A DNA stretch of 64,000 nucleotides from Minisyncoccia bacterium (GTDB lineage Bacteria > Patescibacteriota > Minisyncoccia > SW-4-49-11), in assembly GCA_044356725.1 (NCBI GenBank), contig JBIKVS010000002.1:19264-83263 (forward strand). The letters run 5' to 3'. The notes beneath the pieces are model-generated. The model saw only the letters and a list, made by a program, of their open reading frames with translations. It made no database searches and was not told the origin of the DNA. The translations under genes were made by a program, and so were the position numbers. Of the stretch, positions 21,519-29,793 are shown one piece after another. Every line of letters begins with the position of its first letter. Positions within the stretch are counted from its first letter, which is position 1.

Positions 21519-23009
21519 TTATCCTAATTTGACTCCTTGTTTTCTCAAATTATTCCTGATGGCTCGGGCAGCCGAACCAGTTTTAACCATATTAAGCCAA
21601 TCGCGATGAGGTTTTTGCTTTTTATCGGTAATAATTTCTACTATATCTCCATTTTGTAAACTTGCTGATAATTTAACTGGACTACCATTAACTTTAGCTA
21701 GAACTGCATGCTTACCTATATCTTGATGTATTCTAAAAGCAAAATCAAGGGCGGTGGAGCCCTGCAATAACCTGATAGCATCTCCTTTTGGAGTCATTAC
21801 AAAAATCTGGTCTTGAAATAAATCTAATTTAACATGCTGTAAATATTCTTCTTCCGATAAAGGTTCTTTACCTAAATTTACTAAATCTTGAATCCATTTA
21901 AATCTATCTGTATCAATAAAAGAATGTTTGTCTAAATCTGATTTTTGCTTATATGCCCAATGTGAAGCCACTCCATATTCACAGTATTCATGCATCTCTT
22001 CAGTCCTAATTTGTACTTCAAAGATAGTATCTGTCTGCTTGTCCCTGACAGTAGTATGAATACTTTGATAGCCATTGTCTTTTGGACTAGCAGTATAATC
22101 TTTGACCCTATTTGGCAGAGGCTCAAAATATGATTGTATAACAGAAAATACCTGATAACAAGTAGCTAAGTCTGGGGTTATAATTCTCAAGGCTATTAAA
22201 TCATACACCTGCTCTAACTTTTTACCTGTACCTAATTTTTTATATAAAGAATAGTATTTTTTGGCTCTACCATATAAGCGACCATAGTTAATATTCTCTG
22301 ATTGTAAGACATTTTCTAAATTTAATTCAATTTTTTCTAAGATCTCTTGTCTTGTCGTATATTCTTGTTTTACTTGTGAAATTAATGACTTATATTCCTC
22401 AGGATAGGCATAAGGAAAACTTAAATTTTCTAACTTCTCTTGCAATTTTCCCATTCCTAATCTTTCTGCAATAGGGGCATATATTTCTAAACTCTCAAGA
22501 GCAATTCTTTGAGCTTTTTCTTGAGGTAGAGCTGATAATGTTTCTAGATTATGTAATCTATCTGCTAGCTTGATAAAGATAACCCTAATATCGCGACTCA
22601 TAGCTACAAACATCCTTCTTAAATTCTCAGCATATCTATCCTCACCCTTATATTTAATCACAGATAATTTGGTGACTCCTGAAATCAAGAAAATCACTTC
22701 TCTACTAAATACTTTAGATAATTGACTTAAACTAACTTCAGTATCCTCAGGTACATCGTGGAGTAACATAGCAATTAGACTATCTCTATCTAATTGCATA
22801 TCAGCTAGTATAATACAAGCTGAAACAGGGTGAATAATATAAAAATCACCACTTTTTCTTCTCTGCTCCTGATGGGCTTCAACCATTTGGATAAAAGCCA
22901 TCTCAACTTGATCTAAATCAGTGTTTGAAAGATACTCTAAATGTGGTTTTAGTACATCCCAGAGTTGCTGACTTGCTAACTCTAGATTATCCTTGCTAAT
23001 ATTATCCAT
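21519..23009 (-). CDS. Short RelA/SpoT-homolog (p)ppGpp synthetase/hydrolase with HD, synthetase, and TGS domains and no ACT domain
   Basis: HD motif (IIHPVSACIILADMQLDRDSLIAMLLHDVPEDT), synthetase region (RAKKYYSLYKKL, DLIALRIIT), and TGS (VMTPKGDAIRLLQGSTALDFAFRIH). Confidence 0.8.
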   Translation of the reverse strand: MDNISKDNLELASQQLWDVLKPHLEYLSNTDLDQVEMAFIQMVEAHQEQRRKSGDFYIIHPVSACIILADMQLDRDSLIAMLLHDVPEDTEVSLSQLSKVFSREVIFLISGVTKLSVIKYKGEDRYAENLRRMFVAMSRDIRVIFIKLADRLHNLETLSALPQEKAQRIALESLEIYAPIAERLGMGKLQEKLENLSFPYAYPEEYKSLISQVKQEYTTRQEILEKIELNLENVLQSENINYGRLYGRAKKYYSLYKKLGTGKKLEQVYDLIALRIITPDLATCYQVFSVIQSYFEPLPNRVKDYTASPKDNGYQSIHTTVRDKQTDTIFEVQIRTEEMHEYCEYGVASHWAYKQKSDLDKHSFIDTDRFKWIQDLVNLGKEPLSEEEYLQHVKLDLFQDQIFVMTPKGDAIRLLQGSTALDFAFRIHQDIGKHAVLAKVNGSPVKLSASLQNGDIVEIITDKKQKPHRDWLNMVKTGSAARAIRNNLRKQGVKLG

Positions 23010-23041
23010 GTCTAAAACTTAGATTGTTGATAATTATTTCT

Positions 23042-24316
23042 CTAATTCACCCTCACTATATCAAAGCCTAGCTGAGTTAATCTTTGTTCAATCTGCTCAT
23101 ACCCTCTATCTATATGATGAATATTATCAATGATGCTATCTCGCTCTGAAATTAAAGCTGCCAATAAAAAAGTCATCCCTGCCCTAATATCAGGACTCTC
23201 AATTTTTTTACCATATAATTTAGTTGGGCCATTTACTACCACTCGATAAGGGTCACACATAATTATATTGGCACCCATCTGATTCAAAATATCAGTATAG
23301 AATAATCTTCCATCAAAAATAGTCTCTTGCACCACTGATGTCCCCTCAGCCTGGGTCAACAACAAAGTAAATGGTGCTTGCAGGTCTGTTACAAATCCAG
23401 GATATTCGTGAGTTTTTAGTTGTAATCCTTGATAAGGCTCATTATGAGATATAATTTGTATAAAATCATCACCCAATTCATATTTTACCCCAGCTAAATC
23501 TAAAAACTTCCAAAATACTCGCAAATGCCTTGGTTCAATACCTGTCACCTTAATATCACTTCTAGTCAAAGCTCCTAATATAGCAAAAGTTCCCGCCTCC
23601 AATCTATCGGGTATATTAGTATACTCCAGGGAGTTAGAGTCTAAAACATCTACCCCCTCAATAATAATCTCAGAAGTACCATCACCTGTAATCTTAGCTC
23701 CAGCTAATCTTAACATATCACAGAGAGCTGTAATTTCAGGTTCTAGGGCTGCATTATAAATAGTAGTCTTCCCCCTAGCCTTAACTGCTGCCATAATAAG
23801 ATGTTCTGTAGCAGTATGAGAAATCCATTTGAATACATATTCTATACCATTGAGAGATTTATTTGGTAGTCTAAATATATATTGGCTACTCTCCTCTATT
23901 ACCTCAGCTCCCATTAGAGAAAGACTTTCTAAAGTCATATCAATCGGCCTTCTGCCAATAGCATCTCCACCTGGATGAGGGAATACTACCTCCCCAAATC
24001 GTATCAATAATGGGGCAATAAACAGAAAGGAAGCTCGCATTTTTACAGCTAAGTCGGTTGGAATAATATTAGTATAGACTTTAGTAGTATCTATATTATA
24101 GGAATGATGAGATACTCTCTCTACTATTGCTCCCAATGACTCTAAAATGGCAATCATATCTCTAATATCCTCAATGTCTGGAATATTACGTAGAGTTATT
24201 TGACCATCTATCAAAAGTGTAGCTGGCAAAAGCTTTATAGCTGAATTTTTAGCTCCATAAACTGGAATTTCTCCCTTTTTACCAAATTGATTACCTTTAA
24301 TTTGAAACTTTGCCAT
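23042..24316 (-). CDS. murA: UDP-N-acetylglucosamine 1-carboxyvinyltransferase. The active-site Cys is replaced by Asp.
   Basis: EPSP-synthase fold, 424 aa. The loop PHPGGDAIGRRPID corresponds to GGCAIGARPVD of E. coli MurA, with Asp in place of the Cys. Confidence 0.85.
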   Translation of the reverse strand: MAKFQIKGNQFGKKGEIPVYGAKNSAIKLLPATLLIDGQITLRNIPDIEDIRDMIAILESLGAIVERVSHHSYNIDTTKVYTNIIPTDLAVKMRASFLFIAPLLIRFGEVVFPHPGGDAIGRRPIDMTLESLSLMGAEVIEESSQYIFRLPNKSLNGIEYVFKWISHTATEHLIMAAVKARGKTTIYNAALEPEITALCDMLRLAGAKITGDGTSEIIIEGVDVLDSNSLEYTNIPDRLEAGTFAILGALTRSDIKVTGIEPRHLRVFWKFLDLAGVKYELGDDFIQIISHNEPYQGLQLKTHEYPGFVTDLQAPFTLLLTQAEGTSVVQETIFDGRLFYTDILNQMGANIIMCDPYRVVVNGPTKLYGKKIESPDIRAGMTFLLAALISERDSIIDNIHHIDRGYEQIEQRLTQLGFDIVRVN

Positions 24317-24322
24317 ATAATT

Positions 24323-25621
24323 TTAATTTAATAATTTTAGAATCTCCTCTGTATCATTCCAATTTTCTTTAACCCCTCCAGCTCTCATAATACTAGTCTC
24401 ACTGCCTTTACCTGTGATTATAATTATATATTCATTCTGAGATAATTCTATAGCTTTTTTGAAGGCCTCTCGACGAGATAAAATTCGCCAAGCATTTTTA
24501 TGTTCTTGTTTACCAGCTTCCAATACTCCAGCAAAAACCTCATCTATAATAGCTTGTGGATTCTCATCATAAGGATCCTCATCGGTAATGATAACATAAT
24601 CATTCATCTCACCTGCCACTCTTCCCATTGGAGATCTTTTCCAAGTGTCCCTACCACCACCACAAGAACCCAAGATAGCAATAGTCTTACCATTATCCTT
24701 AAAGCTAGTATTAATAGTCTGATAGACTTTCTCTAATGCCTCTGGGATATGTGCATAATCTACAAATACAGTAGGATTAGTATACACTTTATTCATCCTA
24801 CCTGGAATATCGTTTAAGTTGGCTAAAACTTTATTAATCTTATCATAATCATACCCCAACCAATGGACAATTCCAATTACAAATAAAAGATTATAGCCCA
24901 TAAATTCTCCTAAAACTGGCGTTTTTACATTATATTCTTGGTTAGTATTATTATCTTTATACCTAAATTCTAGCCCATTTTGGTCTGATTTAATAGATAG
25001 CATTTGCAAAGTAGCTTGACTGGACTTACCAGTAGAATATACTTGCTTATCAGTAAGGCTGCGATAATAGTCTTGATGAGCATCATCTTGATTCACCCAA
25101 GAGAGAGGTTTTATAATTTTAGAGTTGATTGTCTTAGATTGAGACTTATCAAAGGACTGGAACAATAATCCTTTAGCTTTCTTATAATTCTCAAAGCCTC
25201 CATGAGCCTCTAAATGTTCAGGATATAAGTTAGTAATGACAACTGAATCAAAATGTATACCTCGATGCCGATTCTGAGCTAGTCCCTCACTAGTGACTTC
25301 TACTATGAAGACTGTTGCTCCATTATTCTTAGCCTCTCGCATCAATTTATGAATTTGTCCTCTACCAGGCATAGAGTTACGGATTTTATTCTTAGATAAT
25401 TCTATACCGTTGCTAGAGTAGACCGAAGAAGTAAGCCCCACCTTCAACCCTAATTTAATTAAGGTCTGATACAGAGTATAAACTGTACTAGTCTTACCTT
25501 TTGTACCTGTAATACCGATTACAATCAGACCTTCACTAGGTTTGCCTAATATAATATTAACTCCATAGTTTAAAACCAAGTGATAGAATGATTTTAACTG
25601 TTTTAATATTTTTTTTATCAT
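24323..25621 (-). CDS. Mur ligase family protein, MurE-like, with a very short N-terminal domain
   Basis: GITGTKGKTST P-loop, the Mur ligase middle domain (NLYPEHLEAHGGFENYKKAK), and C-terminal DYAHIPEALEKV plus GSCGGGRDTWKR as in MurE/MurF. Only about 39 aa precede the P-loop. Confidence 0.65.
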   Translation of the reverse strand: MIKKILKQLKSFYHLVLNYGVNIILGKPSEGLIVIGITGTKGKTSTVYTLYQTLIKLGLKVGLTSSVYSSNGIELSKNKIRNSMPGRGQIHKLMREAKNNGATVFIVEVTSEGLAQNRHRGIHFDSVVITNLYPEHLEAHGGFENYKKAKGLLFQSFDKSQSKTINSKIIKPLSWVNQDDAHQDYYRSLTDKQVYSTGKSSQATLQMLSIKSDQNGLEFRYKDNNTNQEYNVKTPVLGEFMGYNLLFVIGIVHWLGYDYDKINKVLANLNDIPGRMNKVYTNPTVFVDYAHIPEALEKVYQTINTSFKDNGKTIAILGSCGGGRDTWKRSPMGRVAGEMNDYVIITDEDPYDENPQAIIDEVFAGVLEAGKQEHKNAWRILSRREAFKKAIELSQNEYIIIITGKGSETSIMRAGGVKENWNDTEEILKLLN

Positions 25622-25630
25622 ACTGATAAA

Positions 25631-26293
25631 TTAACTTTGCAATTTGTCTACTAAATCTTGATAACTTTGTGCTGGATTATCTGACTTAAATATAGTGCTA
25701 CCAACTGCAATTCTTGTTACTCCCAGACTTTGAATATGATCAATATTATCTAAACTCACAGCCCCATCCCAAGCAATATCTCCCTCATACATAGTATAGC
25801 GATTCTTAAAATCTACTACCTTATCATATACTTTATCCTGTAAGGCTGATCCATAAAACCCTGGATTTACTCCCATAAATTGTACTCCGTCAATTTTTTT
25901 CACCACTTTACCGATATCTCTTATATCAGTATCTGGATTAAGTGCAATTGCCACTTCTTTATTGATAGATTTAATCAAATTGACTAGTTGACGAAGTTGT
26001 TCCAAGTTAGCACAAATCTCTTGATGCACAATAATGCGAGAACAAGGCTTAAAGGATTTGACACTTTCAATAATATCACGAGTATTATTGAAGTTAGCCA
26101 TAATATGTAGTTCGACCTGTAAGTCTCCAAAGTCTTCATAGAAGAATTCTCTTGGCAACAAAGATTTAGACTCTACGAACTCCCCATCCATAATGTCAAT
26201 TTGAATAATTTTAGCTACAGGCTTAATGCTAGACAAATATTCTCTAAACTCTTGTTTAGAATTAGTCAAAATAGCAGGGATAATAATACTCAT
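25631..26293 (-). CDS. rpe: Ribulose-phosphate 3-epimerase
   Basis: 220 aa. MSIIIPAILTNS ... IQIDIMDGEFV ... GVNPGFYGS ... VGSTIF is the Rpe TIM-barrel pattern. Confidence 0.8.
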   Translation of the reverse strand: MSIIIPAILTNSKQEFREYLSSIKPVAKIIQIDIMDGEFVESKSLLPREFFYEDFGDLQVELHIMANFNNTRDIIESVKSFKPCSRIIVHQEICANLEQLRQLVNLIKSINKEVAIALNPDTDIRDIGKVVKKIDGVQFMGVNPGFYGSALQDKVYDKVVDFKNRYTMYEGDIAWDGAVSLDNIDHIQSLGVTRIAVGSTIFKSDNPAQSYQDLVDKLQS

Positions 26294-26330
26294 AGTTTAT
26301 AAGTTAACTTGAACATAATTATAGCATATA

Positions 26331-26646
26331 TTAAAAAAATTATGAATTGTAGGTTGTGAATGGTAAATTGTGAGTTATGAATTATTAACTGTAGGGCTTT
26401 TGTAAAGAGATATTAGGAGGGGGCGACCTTTCAGTCGCCTGAATCCTCCTCCGTCACCTACGGTGCCACCTCCCCCAAGGGAGGACAGTTCTTATCTTGT
26501 CTCCCTTTGGAGGGCGACAGAGACGGAAACTCAAATCACAAAACACTCCACCCCGTCCAGCATAGCTGTCCACCCCTCAAGAGGGGAATTTTAATACAAA
26601 AGACCCTAAAATTCATAATTTACAATTCACAATTTATAATTAAAGC
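26331..26646. repeat. Composite repeat element, copy C. It is the largest copy, with long AT-rich terminal inverted repeats, and serves as the archetype.
   Basis: The left end ttatgaattgtaggttgtgaatggtaaattgtgagttatgaatt is the inverse of the right end aaattcataatttacaattcacaatttataatt. Internal modules are ggcgacctttcagtcgcc (26422-26439), cctcctccgtcacctacggtgccacctcc, cccccaagggagg, tctccctttggaggg, and cacccctcaagaggggaat. The right end abuts the stop of the pilin-like gene. Confidence 0.75.
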
Positions 26647-27816
26647 CTACAGCCCAAATCTACCTCTAGTTACATTGAAGTTTTGTTGGACTTCTTGTAG
26701 TGTTAGACCTTTTCCCTTATAAACTAAAATATTAGCAATATTACCTTGATGAATATATCCTCCACCCCCATATCTTCCTATATTGAAATTAGTTCCCCAT
26801 GTACCAATATTCCCTGAATCATTAGCACTATTTATTAAAACACCATTAGAATAAAACTTAGTACTACCTGATATCCTTGAGATTACAATATTATACCAAG
26901 TATTAATACTATGTGTTGGTCCAGAAGTATAAAGTACTCCTCTAACTCCTATAGTTGGATTATAATATCTAAATCCATTATTAATACTAGTTCCAGTTGA
27001 TAGAGTCCCTCCATTAGCACCAAAATCCCAAATGTATCTATTTGCAACTATTTCTGTTTTATATACCCAAGCAGCAACAGAGAAATCGCCAGTTCCTGGG
27101 GAGATATTATTGGAAACTATTACATAATCATTTATCCCATCAAAAATAAGAGAACCTCCATTAGCAATATTATACCCGACTCCATTGATGAGAGTTCCAT
27201 GATTATTTCCCCCACTCAAATCAAACCAAGTTGTACCAGATCCAGGATAACTAGCTGGAATACCTGCATCTAAATTCAATATTAGACCATCTGTCACGAT
27301 TGGTAACTTTGGCACAGTAGCTGCTAAAGGAGTATTGGCATTACTAGTTTCTACACTAGGTAGGGGGTCATTTATTTTAATATCCACACCTCCTTCTCTT
27401 AATGCTTCTTTTAATCTAATACTAACAGTACTGCTAGCTTCATCTACTGCTATCTCATAACCCGAGCCACCTATATTATCGGTGTCATTTGGATCCTGTG
27501 GTATAGCTTGGATAAAATCAGGGACTAGAGATGATTTTAAATCGATAAATCCTGTACAAGAAGTAGCATCTGGGTCACAAATTTCCTGATAATCTCGGGT
27601 AAGACCTGCTGGATAGCTTCCTTTTTGTAACTTATATTGGGTAATAGTGCTTTCTAAAGTTTGAATATGAGTCTTTCTAATATCATTACGAGCATCAATA
27701 AATCTAGCATCAGCATTAAAATTTACTAAACCAATAGTTAGCAATATACCTATTAGGGTAATTACTAATAATACTTCTATCAGAGTAAATCCTTTATTTA
27801 CATTTTTAGTTTTCAT
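26647..27816 (-). CDS. Type IV prepilin-like N-terminus protein with a C-terminal LamG/ConA-like lectin domain
   Basis: MKTKNVNKGFTLIEVLLVITLIGILL is a class III signal with a G/F cleavage site and a hydrophobic helix. The C-terminus GDFSVAAWVYKTE...FDGINDYV is LamG-like. Confidence 0.7.
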   Translation of the reverse strand: MKTKNVNKGFTLIEVLLVITLIGILLTIGLVNFNADARFIDARNDIRKTHIQTLESTITQYKLQKGSYPAGLTRDYQEICDPDATSCTGFIDLKSSLVPDFIQAIPQDPNDTDNIGGSGYEIAVDEASSTVSIRLKEALREGGVDIKINDPLPSVETSNANTPLAATVPKLPIVTDGLILNLDAGIPASYPGSGTTWFDLSGGNNHGTLINGVGYNIANGGSLIFDGINDYVIVSNNISPGTGDFSVAAWVYKTEIVANRYIWDFGANGGTLSTGTSINNGFRYYNPTIGVRGVLYTSGPTHSINTWYNIVISRISGSTKFYSNGVLINSANDSGNIGTWGTNFNIGRYGGGGYIHQGNIANILVYKGKGLTLQEVQQNFNVTRGRFGL

Positions 27817-27839
27817 TGATTTAATATTAACTTAACTTT

Positions 27840-29120
27840 TTATTCTGACCTTAATGCTTTAACTGGATTTAAGCTAGCTGCCTTAAGAGATGGGTATATT
27901 CCTGCTAATATTCCAATCCCTATACTAATAGCCACTACAATGAGAGTAGAGACTAAGTCAAAGTTAAAGAAAGTCTCAACTTGGAATCCAATTTGATTCA
28001 ATTGCTCTACAATAAATATATTCCCTATTTGCATACTAAGTATAACTATTATCAATCCTGTAACTCCACCTAAGAGACCTATTATAGCTGACTGGATTAA
28101 GAACACTCCTAATATCTGTCCATTAGAGGCTCCCATAGATTTTAGAATTCCGATTTCCTTAGTTTGCTCATAAATACTCATTATCATAGTATTAGTAATA
28201 CCAATCGAGGCAATTACAGCAGAGATTGCTCCAAATGCAAATAAAGCTATAGTGAATGCCTGAATAATATCATCTAAAAATCCTAAGACATCATCGGCGG
28301 TGAATATACCTTGAAAATTATATTTTTCATCAATAGCAGTTTTAATAGCTTGCAATTTTGCTTCCTCTCCAGTTACTCTTAATAGATCATATCCCACGGA
28401 TGAGACATATTCTTCTTTAGAATCAAAACCTCCAATATCAGCTAAAATAGAAGTTGAAGTTGTGAGAGATACAATGGCATCATTTCTATCAGAACCTGGG
28501 TCGAATACTCCTTTAATAGTATAATCATATTGTTTATCAAGAATTTCCTTAGTCTTGACTGTTCCAAACAAAGCACTCTTAGAGGTTACAAAGCTAACTT
28601 TTTTGCCTATCAACTCTTCTGGAGCGACATTATAAAAATCTGCTACGAACTTGGAGACAAAGATATTATCTCCAGTTGGTTTACTTTTATCTCCCCAGAA
28701 ATCTACAAAATATGAATCATCCCCTGTCAAATCCCAACCTGAGATGAAGGCAGGAGCATAAGCTTTATCTTGACCATCTAGTTTGATCTCTAAATTATTG
28801 ACAACTGTTACTGGGACTATATCCGTCACTCCATCTATTTTAGCAATATTATCTACTACTTCCTGTGTAATAAGGGTTGTTTCATTCACATCGGTACTCT
28901 CTGCAGAGGGTGGGTTAAAAGCTCCTGGACCACTGGAATTGGTAATAAATATTTCATTAGATTTAAATTGAGTCTGGATAGCAGAGACTAACAATGTCCT
29001 TAAATCTTGCATTCCAAAGATTATTAAAGACAATAAAATTACCGCAATTGTAATACCTAAACTAGTCAAAATTGTTCTTAATTTCCGTCTTGCCACTAGA
29101 CTAATAGCATATTTAATCAT
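27840..29120 (-). CDS. ABC transporter permease, FtsX/MacB-type
   Basis: N-terminal TM, a large periplasmic loop, and a C-terminal three-TM FtsX-like bundle (KSMGASNGQILGVFLIQSAIIGLLGG). Confidence 0.8.
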   Translation of the reverse strand: MIKYAISLVARRKLRTILTSLGITIAVILLSLIIFGMQDLRTLLVSAIQTQFKSNEIFITNSSGPGAFNPPSAESTDVNETTLITQEVVDNIAKIDGVTDIVPVTVVNNLEIKLDGQDKAYAPAFISGWDLTGDDSYFVDFWGDKSKPTGDNIFVSKFVADFYNVAPEELIGKKVSFVTSKSALFGTVKTKEILDKQYDYTIKGVFDPGSDRNDAIVSLTTSTSILADIGGFDSKEEYVSSVGYDLLRVTGEEAKLQAIKTAIDEKYNFQGIFTADDVLGFLDDIIQAFTIALFAFGAISAVIASIGITNTMIMSIYEQTKEIGILKSMGASNGQILGVFLIQSAIIGLLGGVTGLIIVILSMQIGNIFIVEQLNQIGFQVETFFNFDLVSTLIVVAISIGIGILAGIYPSLKAASLNPVKALRSE

Positions 29121-29124
29121 ATAT

Positions 29125-29793
29125 TTAAATATTATCTACTAATTGACCGTCTTTTAGGAATAATTTTCTGTCAATTCCTTCAGCTAAATGTAAATCATGA
29201 GTTACGAGGAACATTGTCATATTTTCCTCAGCATTAAGTTCAAACAAAAGATGCATTATTTCCTTACCTGTTACTGAGTCTAGATTACCAGTTGGCTCAT
29301 CAGCTAATAAGATTTCTGGTTTAGCAACTAAAGCTCTTGCTATAGCGACTCTTTGCATCTGCCCACCAGACAGCTCATTTGGTCTATGCTTCAATCTATC
29401 TGACAGCCCCACTTTATCTAGAAGATATCTAGCCCTATCTTCTGCCTCTGAACCTGCGAGTTGATGACCAAATTTAAGTGGCAATAATACATTTTCGATG
29501 ACATTGAGTGCTGAGATTAAATTAAATTGTTGAAATATAGTCCCGACTTTAAATCTTCTATATATATTGGGATTATAATCTTTAATATCTTTATTATCTA
29601 CAATTACTTGTCCTTCATAAATTCTATCCAAGCCACCTAATATATTAAGTAAAGTGGATTTACCTGATCCTGAGCTACCAATTATAGCTACCATTTCTTT
29701 GGTTTGAGCGGTAAATGAAATATCATTTAAGGCAATAACTATATTGTCCTTATTCATTTGATAGACTTTTTTGAGATTTTTGACCTCTATCAT
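29125..29793 (-). CDS. ABC transporter ATP-binding protein (MacB/LolD-like)
   Basis: Walker A GSSGSGKST, signature LSGGQMQRVAIARAL, and Walker B LLADEPTGNLD. It overlaps the permease and tkt by 4 nt each. Confidence 0.9.
   Translation of the reverse strand: MIEVKNLKKVYQMNKDNIVIALNDISFTAQTKEMVAIIGSSGSGKSTLLNILGGLDRIYEGQVIVDNKDIKDYNPNIYRRFKVGTIFQQFNLISALNVIENVLLPLKFGHQLAGSEAEDRARYLLDKVGLSDRLKHRPNELSGGQMQRVAIARALVAKPEILLADEPTGNLDSVTGKEIMHLLFELNAEENMTMFLVTHDLHLAEGIDRKLFLKDGQLVDNI

Noticed and set aside
26507-26722. ORF 26507-26722 (+), 71 aa
   Set aside because: It sits inside repeat cassette C and overlaps the 3' end of the pilin-like gene on the other strand.
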